Shown: positions 1-9,998, counted from the first letter of the stretch. The stretch is DNA of 64,000 nucleotides from an uncultured delta proteobacterium (GCA_963848135.1 CAWKCK010000002.1:434001-498000); one strand, 5' to 3'. Made by a program: numbers and translations. Notes: a model not told the origin generated them from the letters alone.

Positions 1-5
1 GAAAA

Positions 6-209
6 ATGAGGAGATTTAAGGATAAATACGCAGCGGGTGGTCATCATTTGCATGAGCCGTTTACGATCCAAACGACACTCTATGAGTTGATCGAAACAGT
101 GATCGATGTCGTCGGACCGGACAGAAATCAAATAATCATGGCTGTATTACTTGACACGCTACGAAAAGGTCGTTCCAATGTAAAAGTATCCGGAACAATT
201 ACAAATTGA
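6..209 (+). CDS. small hypothetical protein (67 aa)
   Basis: Short ORF at the window edge with plausible amphipathic composition (TTLYELIETVIDVV); no recognisable family motif. Confidence 0.45.
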   Translation: MRRFKDKYAAGGHHLHEPFTIQTTLYELIETVIDVVGPDRNQIIMAVLLDTLRKGRSNVKVSGTITN

Positions 210-483
210 AATTGATACAGCTTCCTGTCTTGACCAGGTAGGATAAGGTCCTTATTATCTCTCCCCAGAGTACTTTAGCGCGTGCAACCATTACGTCGCT
301 GTAAAATTCAGAATTCAAAACCCCGACCATTATCCCCAAGCTTGTCCAATGGTATCTGATGATTGGTCATCAGTTTTGCCGCTAATCGGCTGCTGCCGCA
401 AACGATTCAGCGCTCATAACCTTAATTGCCGAACACTCCGCAGGCGGGTAGAGAAACGGGGATATGGAAAGGTAAAAACAAAT

Positions 484-509
484 AAACCCACTGTATGTAC
501 AGCAGGTTT
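484..509 (-). terminator. intrinsic terminator after tRNA-Leu
   Basis: Minus strand reads AAACCTGCTGTA-CA-TACAGTGGGTTT followed by ATTTGTTTTT, just downstream of the tRNA CCA end. Confidence 0.6.
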
Positions 510-521
510 GAGAAATATAGG

Positions 522-608
522 TGGTGCCGAAGGGGAGACTCGAACTCCCACCACCGTACGGTGACTAGACCCTGAACCTAGCGCGTCTACCAGTTCCGCC
601 ACTTCGGC
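522..608 (-). tRNA. tRNA-Leu(CAG)
   Basis: Reverse complement GCCGAAGTGGCGGAACTGGTAGACGCG-CTAGG TTCAGGG TCTAG-long variable arm-GGGAGTTCGAGTCTCCC-CTTCGGCACCA; anticodon CAG, encoded CCA. Confidence 0.97.
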
Positions 609-706
609 CTGAATCCTTAAAAAGATTGATTATTTATCAAGGTTGGAATAAGTATACCCATTTAAATTCTCTGTCAAGCGATAATTCAACCTGAGCTATA
701 CCTTGC

Positions 707-1659
707 ATGAAGATCATCAGAAGCCTGAAAGACGTCGACCAACCCTTTAAAAGTGCGGTTGTTACGATTGGAAATTTTGACGGGGTTCACCTGGGCCACC
801 AAGCTCTCATCCATGAAGTCATTGATAAAGCCGTGTCGATCTCCGGGACATCCATGGCAATGACTTTTGAACCGCACCCCATACGGGTGCTGAATGGTGG
901 CAACCACCCGCCCTTGATAACCATGCTTGATCAGAAAATTGAACTTATCGAGAGGATGGATCTGGATGTATTGGTTGTCATCCCCTTTACGCGTGAGTTT
1001 GCCGCCCTCAGTCCACGAGCTTTCGTGGAAGACATCCTCATCAGAAGACTCGGCATGGTCACAATTGTCGTCGGAAAAGATTACACGTTTGGCCGCAACC
1101 GTGAGGGTACTGTCGGGATGTTGAAAACATTTGCCGAATTGTTCGATTTCGAGCTCGTGCTCGCGGACTGGATCGGCGCACACAGGGCCCCCGAGGGGCG
1201 TATTAGCAGCACTAGGATCCGGGATTTGGTACTTGAAGGCAACGTTTTAGACGTTCAGCCTCTTCTTGGTCGCTACTACCAGGTCAGGGGGACCGTTTCA
1301 ACCGGCAGGGACAGGGGGGGAAACTTTTAGGATTCCCCACGGCCAACATCAATTTGCAGGATGAATTATGTCCCAAAACGGGTGTTTACGCAGTAACCGT
1401 CGAGTGCGGCCTTGAATTCTTCGATGGCGTTGCCAATATCGGCTACAGCCCGACATTCGACGATCACCTTTTTACCGTTGAGGTTCACATTCTTGATTTC
1501 AATCGCAATATCTACGGCCAGAATATGCGGGTGAATTTCATCCAAAGGATTCGAGATGAACTGAAATTTTCCAGCGTTTCAGACCTGGCGGAACAAATCA
1601 AAAGGGATGTCATTGAAGCACGCGAAATATTATCCCATACGGTGCACATCAAACGATGA
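707..1659 (+). CDS. ribF: bifunctional riboflavin kinase/FAD synthetase, split here by a 1-nt frameshift at 1314-1323
   Basis: TIGNFDGVHLGHQ, VVGKDYTFG and ISSTRIR motifs; GRDRGG continues as (K)LLGFPTANI...GVYAV...NIGYSPTF...VEVHILDF...IRDELKF in another frame after the G7-A3 run. Confidence 0.93.
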
Positions 1660-1684
1660 CCTTAAGCAGACAAAGCAAGGGCGG

Positions 1685-2752
1685 ATGAACAAAAATCTTG
1701 GTTTTTCTATGCTTATCGGAACAACGGTTTCTCTTATTGCCCTTTATTTCGCCTTCCGTAATATCCCATTCAACGATCTCTGGACCTATCTGCTGTCTAT
1801 CAACTACCTTTGGATCTTCCCGACCATTGCCGTTATTCTCATTGTATTCATCCTGAGGGCTGTCAGGTGGGGCTACATCCTTGCATCGGTACACCCTGTC
1901 GGATTTTGGCAGGCCTTCCACCCCCTGATGATCGGTTTCATGGTTAATTGCATACTTCCGGGCCGGGTGGGTGAAGTTGCAAGACCGATCGTATTAAATC
2001 GAAATAATAAGATGATACCGGTCTCGACCGGTCTGGCAACTGTGGTTGTTGAGCGTCTCTTCGATCTGGTCGTTTTATTGCTCCTGTTCATGATGACCAC
2101 CGCTTACGTCCGTATTGACCCTGAAATCAATATGAATTTTGGCAACTACCAACTTGACCAAGGCATTCTTAAAACAATTTCAAAGGGTCTGCTCCAACTC
2201 AGTGGTCTTTTGATGAGTGGCCTTTTGCTGGTCAGTTTCTCGAAAAGCCGACGACTTCTGATACGCGCCGTGCTGGCTGCGCCGGGACTTATTCCTCTTA
2301 TCAAAACGGACACTAAATCCAGAATAGCCGACAAGATTTGTACACCCGTTGTCGGAGCCATCGAGAACATCGCTTCCGGTATGGCCCTGATCAAGGCACC
2401 GAAGCGAGTCGTCGTCTGTTTTTTATATTCCTTGGCCGTTTGGTTTTTTAATGCGCTCTCATTTTACACATTTTCGATAGGCTGTCCGGAAATCAATTTA
2501 ACCTTTATCGAAATGACGGCCGTCATGGTGATTATCTGCATCGCCATCGCCCTTCCTTCCGTTCCCGGTTACTGGGGATTGTGGGAAGCGGGTGGCATAT
2601 TTGCCATGCTCCTGTTCGGCGTTACCGAAAAAGACGCTGCGGGATTTACCCTGGCCAATCACGGCATGCAAATCATACCGGTGGTGGTTATCGGTCTCGT
2701 TTCGGCCTGGATTTGCGGGGTGAATATCCGCCGCGTTTACCGTGAACAATAA
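1685..2752 (+). CDS. UPF0104 / lysylphosphatidylglycerol synthase TM-region (flippase-like) membrane protein
   Basis: LRAVRW, NCILPGRVGEVAR, TVVVERLFD and PSVPGYWGLWEAG motifs; many TM helices; start chosen at MNKNLG (track gives 1607). Confidence 0.85.
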   Translation: MNKNLGFSMLIGTTVSLIALYFAFRNIPFNDLWTYLLSINYLWIFPTIAVILIVFILRAVRWGYILASVHPVGFWQAFHPLMIGFMVNCILPGRVGEVARPIVLNRNNKMIPVSTGLATVVVERLFDLVVLLLLFMMTTAYVRIDPEINMNFGNYQLDQGILKTISKGLLQLSGLLMSGLLLVSFSKSRRLLIRAVLAAPGLIPLIKTDTKSRIADKICTPVVGAIENIASGMALIKAPKRVVVCFLYSLAVWFFNALSFYTFSIGCPEINLTFIEMTAVMVIICIAIALPSVPGYWGLWEAGGIFAMLLFGVTEKDAAGFTLANHGMQIIPVVVIGLVSAWICGVNIRRVYREQ

Positions 2753-2844
2753 CATGCCAGAATCTGAGATCCATCGATCGGCAATATTTCGGATCACAGT
2801 AAGGTTGCGGCTCTCAGATACAGTAGCCCTAACAAGGAACACGA

Positions 2845-3354
2845 ATGACGAAGCTTGACATATTGACATTTCCAAACAAATTCCTGCAGCAACCGACCAC
2901 ACCGGTGACAGACATCGACGAGCTGCTTCTCAACCTTATCGACGACATGGCTGAAACCATGTATGAAGCCCCCGGGGTCGGCCTCGCTGCCATCCAGATT
3001 GGTAGTGAAAAAAGTATCCTCGTGTATGATGAGTTGCCGGGCGAGATAAAGCGCCAGTTCGGGGTCATCATTAACCCACAAATCATCGAAACCGATGGTC
3101 AGGTCATATCTGAAAATGAGGGCTGCCTGAGCGTACCCGATTTTCGCTCTGACGTGAAGAGGGCCGAACGCATCCTGGTTGAAGGTGTCAATCGAGAGGG
3201 CAAACCGCTCCGCATCGAAGCCAATGGCTTTTTGGCCACTGTCCTGCAGCATGAAATCGACCATCTAAACGGGAGGCTGTTTATTGACCGCATCAGTACT
3301 CTCAAACGAGAATTGTATAAACGACGAATGAGAAAGTTGCTTCGCGAAAAATGA
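2845..3354 (+). CDS. def: peptide deformylase
   Basis: GVGLAAIQIG, EGCLSVP and QHEIDHLNG motifs. Confidence 0.97.
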   Translation: MTKLDILTFPNKFLQQPTTPVTDIDELLLNLIDDMAETMYEAPGVGLAAIQIGSEKSILVYDELPGEIKRQFGVIINPQIIETDGQVISENEGCLSVPDFRSDVKRAERILVEGVNREGKPLRIEANGFLATVLQHEIDHLNGRLFIDRISTLKRELYKRRMRKLLREK

Positions 3355-4292
3355 CAAAAGCATTCGACATTGTTTTTATGGGCACGCCGGCTTTTGCCGT
3401 ACCGTCCCTCGTAGCCCTGCACCACAGTCGGCACCATGTCATCCAGGTGGTCACCCAACCGGATCGCCCCAAAGGAAGGGGACGTAAGATCGTGCCGCCA
3501 CCCGTCAAGCTGACCGCACGAGACTTTGGTCTACCGGTGATTCAACCTGAAAAAATCAAGACAGATGTTCTAGTCGATTCCCTTTCAAAATTGGGTCCGG
3601 ATTTGCTTGTTGTGGCCGCCTACGGCCATATCTTACCGAAAACGGTTCTGGCGATTCCGACTGTTGGCTGCATTAATGTCCACGCTTCGGTGCTGCCTAA
3701 ATACCGCGGTGCAGCGCCAATTCAGTGGGCGATTATCAACGGCGAAAAGGAAACCGGTGTTACGACAATAATGATGGATGTGGGCATGGATACCGGAGAC
3801 ATCCTTTTAACAGCAAAGGAACCGATCCAGCCGTATGATACCTCTGCCACTTTGCATGACCGGTTAGCGACCTTAGGGGCCACCGTGTTGATTGACACCC
3901 TCAATCTATTGACGGATGGGCGCCTGAAATCAACACCACAGGATCACTCTCAAGCGACAGTCGCCCCGATGCTGAAAAAGGAAGACGGTCGCATCGACTG
4001 GAACATGCCGGCCGGTGCCATTGTAAACCGGATTCGCGGTATGACGCCCTGGCCGGGCGCTTATGCTTTTATTGAAAACAAACGGTTGAAAATATTCAGC
4101 GCCGAGACCGGAACGTCCCATTCGGACGATATTCCCGGCACGGTGGTGGCCGGATTTGCGGACGAACTCCGTGTGGCTACCGGAGACGGCACACTTTCGG
4201 TGCTGGAGGTTCAGGGTGAGTCCGGCAAGCGTTTGACGATCAAAGCGTTCCTGTTTGGCCATCCGATAACGCCCGGGACAGTGCTCGGCTAA
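3351..4292 (+). CDS. fmt: methionyl-tRNA formyltransferase
   Basis: FMGTPAFA, TQPDRPKGRG, NVHASVLPKYRGAAPIQ and MDTGD motifs; follows def. Confidence 0.97.
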   Translation: MTKAFDIVFMGTPAFAVPSLVALHHSRHHVIQVVTQPDRPKGRGRKIVPPPVKLTARDFGLPVIQPEKIKTDVLVDSLSKLGPDLLVVAAYGHILPKTVLAIPTVGCINVHASVLPKYRGAAPIQWAIINGEKETGVTTIMMDVGMDTGDILLTAKEPIQPYDTSATLHDRLATLGATVLIDTLNLLTDGRLKSTPQDHSQATVAPMLKKEDGRIDWNMPAGAIVNRIRGMTPWPGAYAFIENKRLKIFSAETGTSHSDDIPGTVVAGFADELRVATGDGTLSVLEVQGESGKRLTIKAFLFGHPITPGTVLG

Positions 4293-4308
4293 ATACTTAT
4301 TAATTCCT

Positions 4309-5712
4309 TTGATGCAAGAAAATATCGCACCGCCATCCAATTCAGCGATTTCAGTGAATCCATTAAAAGTGCGGATTGCAGCACTTAAGATTCTCAATAC
4401 TCTCGCGCGGTCCGATCAGACACTCGATACAGTGTTGGAGCGGTTTCGCCAGCAACACCCATTTGCCGATCAACGCGATCGCGCCTTGCTTCAAAATATC
4501 ATTTTCGGAGTGTTGCGATGGCGTGCTCACCTCGATTATATCATCGGATGTTTTTCGCGGACCCCTCTGAAAAAGATACAACCGGATATACTGAACGTTC
4601 TTCGGATCGGGACGTATCAGATCGTTTACCTCAATCGGATTCCCGCATCGGCAGCCGTCAATACTTCGGTGGAGTTGGCCAAACCCCTTGCGCCAAGCTG
4701 GGTGGTTCGCTTCGTCAATGCCGTAATGCGTAAGGTGGCCACCGGCTACAAAGATATTTCGTACCCGTCTGTCGCCAAAGATCAGGTAATGGCTCTGGCG
4801 GTCCGCAAATCCTTTCCACCGTGGCTCATACACCGCTGGGTGAAACGATTTGCTCCAGATGAAACCGTGCGTCTTTGTGACGCGCTCAACGCGATACCGC
4901 CGATTACTTTACGTGCAAACACACTTAAAACCGATCGAAATACATTGCTACAACTATTGAATGAACAAGGTGAATCGGCCCATTCCGCCACCAATACACC
5001 CGACGGTATCGTATTATACCATCCACGCAAGCCCTTTACGGAACTTGAAGCCCATCAGTCGGGTCTTTTTCAAGTGCAGGACGAAGCCGCCCAGCTCGTT
5101 TCCCTGCTCTTAAACCCGCAACCCGGTGAGCGTGTTTTGGACGCTTGTGCCGGTCGAGGTGGCAAAACCGGACATATGTCCCAACTAATGGATAACACAG
5201 GTGCAGTTATCGCAGTGGATATCAGCGTAGAAAAGCTGAAAACGCTTTCGACCGAAATGATGCGACTCGGGATAACAATCGTTTCGACTCGCGAAACCAA
5301 TCTTTTGGAAGACCTGCCGGGAGTTGACCTGGGTCTATTTGACCGCATACTCCTCGATGCCCCCTGCTCCGGTCTGGGGGTGCTGCGTAGAAATCCGGAT
5401 GCCAAATGGGTCGCTAGTAAAAATATGTTTGTTAGATACAGCCGGCGGCAGATGGCATTGATGGATAACGTTGCCCCGCTTGTCAAACCCGACGGTGTTC
5501 TGGTATATGCAGTCTGCAGTATCGAACCGGAGGAAGGCGAGGCGGTAATCGAATATTTCTTGGACCGCCACGAGGATTTTCGGTTGGAAAACCCGGCCGC
5601 TATCAACCCAGGCATTGACATGTCTTTGTTCAGCCATGACGGTATTCTCCGTACGTACCCGCATCGGCACAATATGGATGGATTCTTTGCCGCTCGTTTC
5701 AGACGAATATAA
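4309..5712 (+). CDS. rsmB: 16S rRNA m5C967 methyltransferase RsmB/Sun
   Basis: NusB-like N-terminus, VQDEAAQ, LDACAGRGGKT, LLDAPCSGLG, LVYAVCS, DGFFAA; def-fmt-sun synteny. Confidence 0.95.
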   Translation: MMQENIAPPSNSAISVNPLKVRIAALKILNTLARSDQTLDTVLERFRQQHPFADQRDRALLQNIIFGVLRWRAHLDYIIGCFSRTPLKKIQPDILNVLRIGTYQIVYLNRIPASAAVNTSVELAKPLAPSWVVRFVNAVMRKVATGYKDISYPSVAKDQVMALAVRKSFPPWLIHRWVKRFAPDETVRLCDALNAIPPITLRANTLKTDRNTLLQLLNEQGESAHSATNTPDGIVLYHPRKPFTELEAHQSGLFQVQDEAAQLVSLLLNPQPGERVLDACAGRGGKTGHMSQLMDNTGAVIAVDISVEKLKTLSTEMMRLGITIVSTRETNLLEDLPGVDLGLFDRILLDAPCSGLGVLRRNPDAKWVASKNMFVRYSRRQMALMDNVAPLVKPDGVLVYAVCSIEPEEGEAVIEYFLDRHEDFRLENPAAINPGIDMSLFSHDGILRTYPHRHNMDGFFAARFRRI

Positions 5713-6680
5713 TGCTCGCACGGATCATTAAAATATCGGTTTTTCTTGCCGCTTTTGTATTTGTTGCCGGCATAAGCACTTATTTCACACTATCTCTGAT
5801 TATTAAAAGTGAAGACACGGTGGTTGTACCTGACTTCATCGGTAAAGACGTGATTATCGTCCTCGAACAGCTCACCGACCTCGAACTCAATACCAAAGTC
5901 AAGGGTTCTGAGTACAGTATCGCGGTTCCGAAAAACCATGTGATTTTTCAGGAACCGAACGCCGGGACTGAAATCAAAAAGGGGCGCGACATAAAATTCG
6001 TTATCTCCAGGGGACCGCAGAAAATTATAATGCCGAACCTGTCCGGTTTATCTCTGCAACGGGCCCGACTGACACTGGAAGAACTCGATCTGTGCAGTGG
6101 TGTCCTGTCCCATGCTTCAGACATTGCTGTAGAAAGCGGTACGGTCATCGCCCAATCGCCGCTGTCCGGTACGACAGTCAACCGGGGATATTGCATCGAT
6201 CTGCTCGTGAGCCAAGGACCGCGACCTAAAAGTTATAAAATGCCGGATTTAATCGGCCTGCGATTGGATGACGCCTTGTTGACCATCGACAAGAGCCGCC
6301 TGGTCCATGGAGAAATTAAAGTCAAATACCGTCAAGACCGGCCGAAAAGCAGCATCGTAGATCAATTTCCAGCCGCCGGATCGCGAATTGTGGAAGGACA
6401 GGCCGTAAACCTGGTCGTCAACCGCAGAAAACCGGTCTCGGCATCCGGGGCTCAAGTCGCCTCACCGTCCAAATGGTTTTTTCGATACAGAATTGACAAA
6501 GGTTTTTTAAAACGCCATATACAGGTGCAGCTAAAAAAAGACGGGTTTTCGCAGGTTCTCTTCGACAACTTCGTCCACCCAGGCCGGGAGATCTGGTTGA
6601 TTATCCCGACAGATGAAGAGGCAATGCTTCTGGTATATGAGGATGAACAACTGATTCGCACTGAAGTCTATGAGAATTGA
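5712..6680 (+). CDS. membrane-anchored PASTA-domain protein (3 PASTA repeats, no kinase domain)
   Basis: N-terminal TM helix, then repeats starting VVPDFIG, IMPNLSG and KMPDLIG, each with VIxQxPxxG...LxVS. Confidence 0.88.
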   Translation: MLARIIKISVFLAAFVFVAGISTYFTLSLIIKSEDTVVVPDFIGKDVIIVLEQLTDLELNTKVKGSEYSIAVPKNHVIFQEPNAGTEIKKGRDIKFVISRGPQKIIMPNLSGLSLQRARLTLEELDLCSGVLSHASDIAVESGTVIAQSPLSGTTVNRGYCIDLLVSQGPRPKSYKMPDLIGLRLDDALLTIDKSRLVHGEIKVKYRQDRPKSSIVDQFPAAGSRIVEGQAVNLVVNRRKPVSASGAQVASPSKWFFRYRIDKGFLKRHIQVQLKKDGFSQVLFDNFVHPGREIWLIIPTDEEAMLLVYEDEQLIRTEVYEN

Positions 6681-6698
6681 TGAGAATTTGGAGCCACA

Positions 6699-7361
6699 AT
6701 GAAGAAATTAATAGCGCCATCGATCCTTTCAGCCGACTTTTCCCGATTGGGAGAGGAAGTTCAAGCCGTTGAACATGCCGGTGCTGATTGGATCCATGCC
6801 GATGTCATGGACGGACACTTTGTACCGAACATAACCTTCGGCTCCATGGTTGTGGCGGCCGTCAGGCAAACGACAACGTTGCCCATTGACGTACACCTAA
6901 TGATCGAACAGCCCGAGAAATACATACCGGACTTTATCAAGGCCGGTGCCAATTGGGTCTCGGTCCAAGTGGAAACCTGCGCGCATCTGAATCGAACGCT
7001 GCAGGTGATCAAAGAAGGCGGTGCAAAGGCCGGCGCTGTCTTGAATCCATCGACGCCTCTCTCGGCGGTTGACTGGGTGCTCGACGAACTGGATTATGTC
7101 CTGATAATGAGTGTCAATCCGGGTTTTGGAGGTCAGACGTTCATAGCCAACAGCCTTGAGAAAATACGCCAGCTGCGCCGATGGATAGACGACCGCGGTC
7201 TATCGATACGGATCGAGGTCGACGGCGGCGTGAACGCAGATACCATTGCTGATGTATCCGCTGCCGGCGCCGATGTGTTTGTCGCCGGTTCGGCGATCTT
7301 TGGGAAGAAGGATTATCGTCGGGAAATCAAGCGCTTCAAACAAATTCTTGGAGAAGCATAA
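6699..7361 (+). CDS. rpe: ribulose-phosphate 3-epimerase
   Basis: [50 protein letters not shown]. Confidence 0.97.
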   Translation: MKKLIAPSILSADFSRLGEEVQAVEHAGADWIHADVMDGHFVPNITFGSMVVAAVRQTTTLPIDVHLMIEQPEKYIPDFIKAGANWVSVQVETCAHLNRTLQVIKEGGAKAGAVLNPSTPLSAVDWVLDELDYVLIMSVNPGFGGQTFIANSLEKIRQLRRWIDDRGLSIRIEVDGGVNADTIADVSAAGADVFVAGSAIFGKKDYRREIKRFKQILGEA

Positions 7362-7819
7362 TGGTCAGAACAGACCCCAATCCTCCCCTTGTTCTGGTTA
7401 TTAACGGACCCAACCTCAACATGCTCGGCCAGAGGGAACCGGATGTTTACGGCAAAGACACGTTGGCAGACATAGACCGCAAGCTGGTGCAGGAAGCCGA
7501 ACGTTTGAACCTCTCCTTGGAAACCTTTCAGTCCAACAGCGAAGGGACCATTGTCGATAAAATCCAGCAGGCCCCGGGGCATGCCGCGGGCCTTATCATC
7601 AATCCGGGTGCTTACACCCACACCAGCATCGCGATCCGGGATGCGCTGCTTTTGCTGGACATACCGATCGTTGAAATCCACCTATCCAATACCTATAAGC
7701 GCGAGGAGTTCCGCAAAGTATCCATGCTGGCGGACATCGTTACCGGCCGCATCGTCGGGTTCGGCGCCTTCGGTTATATCATGGCGCTTCAAGCAGTGGC
7801 CCAACGGCTTAAATCATAG
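7361..7819 (+). CDS. aroQ: type II 3-dehydroquinate dehydratase
   Basis: NGPNLNMLGQREPDVYG, QSNSEG, INPGAYTHTSIAIRDA, EIHLSN. Confidence 0.96.
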   Translation: MVRTDPNPPLVLVINGPNLNMLGQREPDVYGKDTLADIDRKLVQEAERLNLSLETFQSNSEGTIVDKIQQAPGHAAGLIINPGAYTHTSIAIRDALLLLDIPIVEIHLSNTYKREEFRKVSMLADIVTGRIVGFGAFGYIMALQAVAQRLKS

Positions 7820-7823
7820 CCTA

Positions 7824-7984
7824 AGTTCCCGGATAGAAAGCCCTTCTGCGCAATTTCGACGTTCAAACCCACCGAGAGCGGCCAAGTCGACGGAATCTCT
7901 TATGCGGCGCGCGAAAGTAGGCCTGCTCTCAATTCATTGATTTCCTTGAAATTACAGAAAAAGGAATATTTTTGGATCGGAAAC
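7824..7984. repeat. degenerate MITE/REP-like intergenic element
   Basis: Shares internal blocks (AAAGCCyTTyyGC..AT..CG.CGTT and CCTTGA-N9-GAAAA..TATTTTTG) with the 21999-22211 element; weak terminal inverted repeat. Confidence 0.45.
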
Positions 7985-8060
7985 CGATCAGCGCTCTTTA
8001 TAAAACCGCATAAATATAATGCCCCATCCTCGAACCCTTTTCTGCCAGCTTATCTAACGA

Positions 8061-8237
8061 ATGTCCATCCATAAACGGCCTTTTTTTACGCTGGTCGAAG
8101 TTCTCCGCAGGTTTCCAGCTGCGGCGTACTATAAGTACACCTTGCCGCAAACCTTTGTGCGACCTTGCCTATAGAAAAAAATTCTTATTTATGAATTGGA
8201 TTCTCAATTGTGTGATCACCCTTTCGTGGACGGACAC
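8061..8237. repeat. MITE/REP-like intergenic element
   Basis: Imperfect terminal inverted repeat ATGTCCATCCATAAA / TTTCGTGGACGGACAC; central GTAC-TATAA-GTAC; CCTTG...GAAAAAA..TTATTT block as in the neighbouring elements. Confidence 0.5.
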
Positions 8238-8288
8238 TATCTAGCGCGTTCCTGCATTCAATGGTAATTTGCATATCTTAGCGAATTT

Positions 8289-8305
8289 GAGTAATTTTTC
8301 TACTC
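8289..8305. promoter_or_regulatory. palindromic operator candidate GAGTA-N7-TACTC (copy 1)
   Basis: GAGTAATTTTTCTACTC lies immediately upstream of the galE -35 box; near-identical copy at 9425-9441. Confidence 0.6.
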
Positions 8306-8309
8306 GTTA

Positions 8310-8338
8310 TTGATTTGCGCAGAATGTTCGTATATAAT
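8310..8338 (+). promoter_or_regulatory. sigma70 promoter of galE
   Basis: TTGATT-17 nt-TATAAT, about 70 nt upstream of the galE ATG. Confidence 0.65.
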
Positions 8339-8405
8339 TGTTCATCATATGTATTACAAATCAAACATGTTTACTAATAAAATATAAGTTCTGAGGAGTT
8401 ACCGA

Positions 8406-9374
8406 ATGGACATACTGGTTACAGGTGGCGCTGGCTATATAGGATCTCACTGTTGCAAAGAGCTTCATCGACGGGGCTATACGCCTGTCACACTTGACAA
8501 TCTTGTTTACGGCCATCGCGCAAACGTCCGTTGGGGACCATTTTTCGAAGGCAGCATCGATGACCACAAAATACTTGATAAAATATTCAATCACCACAGA
8601 ATCAAGGCCGTATTACATTTTGCCGCTTTTGCTTATGTCGGCGAATCGGTTACCGACCCTAAGAAATATTATCAAAACAATCTAAAAGGAACCATTGGTC
8701 TGCTCGATGCATTGATCACACATGGGGTGAAACATGTAATTTTTTCATCCTCCTGCGCCACCTATGGAAGCCCCGACCAAGTGCCCATAGACGAAAGCCA
8801 CCCCCAGCACCCGATCAACCCCTACGGAAAGACCAAGTACATGGTGGAAGAAATCCTAAAAGATTACAGCCATGCCTACCCGTTTAGTTATATGAGCCTG
8901 AGATATTTCAACGCCGCCGGTGCCGATATGGACTCAGAAATCGGTGAAAATCACGATCCGGAAACGCATTTGATTCCCCTGGTTTTAGATGTTGCCAAAG
9001 GCCGTTCCAATAAAGTCAACGTCTTCGGCACTGATTACGATACTCAGGATGGATCCTGCATTCGTGATTATATCCATGTGACCGACCTGGCGGATGCCCA
9101 TGTTCTGGCTCTCGAAAGACTACTCGAGGGTCATCAGAGCGAGTTCATCAACCTTGGTACCGGCGAGGGGTATTCCGTCCTTCAGGTAATTGAAACGGCA
9201 AGCAAAGTAACCGGGATTGATATTTCATATGATGTGACGGATCGACGTCAGGGTGATCCTGCGGTTCTGATCGCATCGAACACTAAAGCGCTCGATGTTC
9301 TCGGATGGTCTCCCCGTTATCCTGGTATAGAAACCATCATTTCCTCAGCTTGGAAATGGCACCGTAGACTTTAA
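8406..9374 (+). CDS. galE: UDP-glucose 4-epimerase
   Basis: TGGAGYIGSH, HFAAFAYVGES, FSSSCATYG, YGKTK, LRYFNAAGA, DGSCIRDYIHV. Confidence 0.95.
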   Translation: MDILVTGGAGYIGSHCCKELHRRGYTPVTLDNLVYGHRANVRWGPFFEGSIDDHKILDKIFNHHRIKAVLHFAAFAYVGESVTDPKKYYQNNLKGTIGLLDALITHGVKHVIFSSSCATYGSPDQVPIDESHPQHPINPYGKTKYMVEEILKDYSHAYPFSYMSLRYFNAAGADMDSEIGENHDPETHLIPLVLDVAKGRSNKVNVFGTDYDTQDGSCIRDYIHVTDLADAHVLALERLLEGHQSEFINLGTGEGYSVLQVIETASKVTGIDISYDVTDRRQGDPAVLIASNTKALDVLGWSPRYPGIETIISSAWKWHRRL

Positions 9375-9424
9375 AGCAGTTGCCTATTATTGATTCATTA
9401 AATTAAGATCCATAGCCCTTCATT

Positions 9425-9441
9425 GTGTAGAATATCTACTC
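9425..9441. promoter_or_regulatory. palindromic operator candidate (copy 2)
   Basis: GTGTAGAATATCTACTC with the same 5-7-5 spacing, about 15 nt upstream of the wHTH regulator ATG. Confidence 0.55.
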
Positions 9442-9455
9442 GTTGATTTGTTTAT

Positions 9456-9998
9456 ATGGAAAATTTATTGTCAGGCCTGATTTCATCAAGAACCCGCATT
9501 AAATTACTGGTACGACTTTTTTTTAATCCGGCGACCAGGGCCTACCTTCGCGAGTTAGCCAAGGAGTTCGACGTTTCAAGCAATGCCGTCCGCGAGGAAC
9601 TCAATCAACTCAAGAAAACAAAGCTCCTCAAGACCGAGAAGTCGGGTCGCCAGATCCTATACATGGCCAACACCGAGCACTCTCTTTTTCCTGAACTCCG
9701 GTCAATGGTCAGCAAGGTGATGGGTATCGACCAGGTTATCGACAGCATCGTTCAGCGTTTAGGAAATATAGAAAAAGCTTATCTAATTGATGATTACGCT
9801 GAAGGCAAAGATACTGGTATCATCGATCTAGTTCTAATTGGTAAAATTGAACCCTACAATTTAAACGACTTGAAACAAAAAACTGAGAGGTACATCCAAC
9901 GAAAAATACGTACCCTAGTTTTAACAAGCAAAGAATATTTCCATATGGAACCAGAATTGAAAAAACACCCATTTTTATTACTTTGGAGTGGGGATTGA
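9456..9998 (+). CDS. ArsR-like winged-helix transcriptional regulator with degenerate nucleotidyltransferase-like C-terminal domain
   Basis: SSRTRIKLL...YLRELAKEFDVSSNAVREELNQL HTH; C-terminal DDYAEGKDTGIIDLVLIG resembles an NTase-fold motif. Confidence 0.85.
   Translation: MENLLSGLISSRTRIKLLVRLFFNPATRAYLRELAKEFDVSSNAVREELNQLKKTKLLKTEKSGRQILYMANTEHSLFPELRSMVSKVMGIDQVIDSIVQRLGNIEKAYLIDDYAEGKDTGIIDLVLIGKIEPYNLNDLKQKTERYIQRKIRTLVLTSKEYFHMEPELKKHPFLLLWSGD

Noticed and set aside
349..602. ORFs 349-564 (+) and 414-602 (-)
   Set aside because: They overlap tRNA-Leu and its terminator; spurious translations
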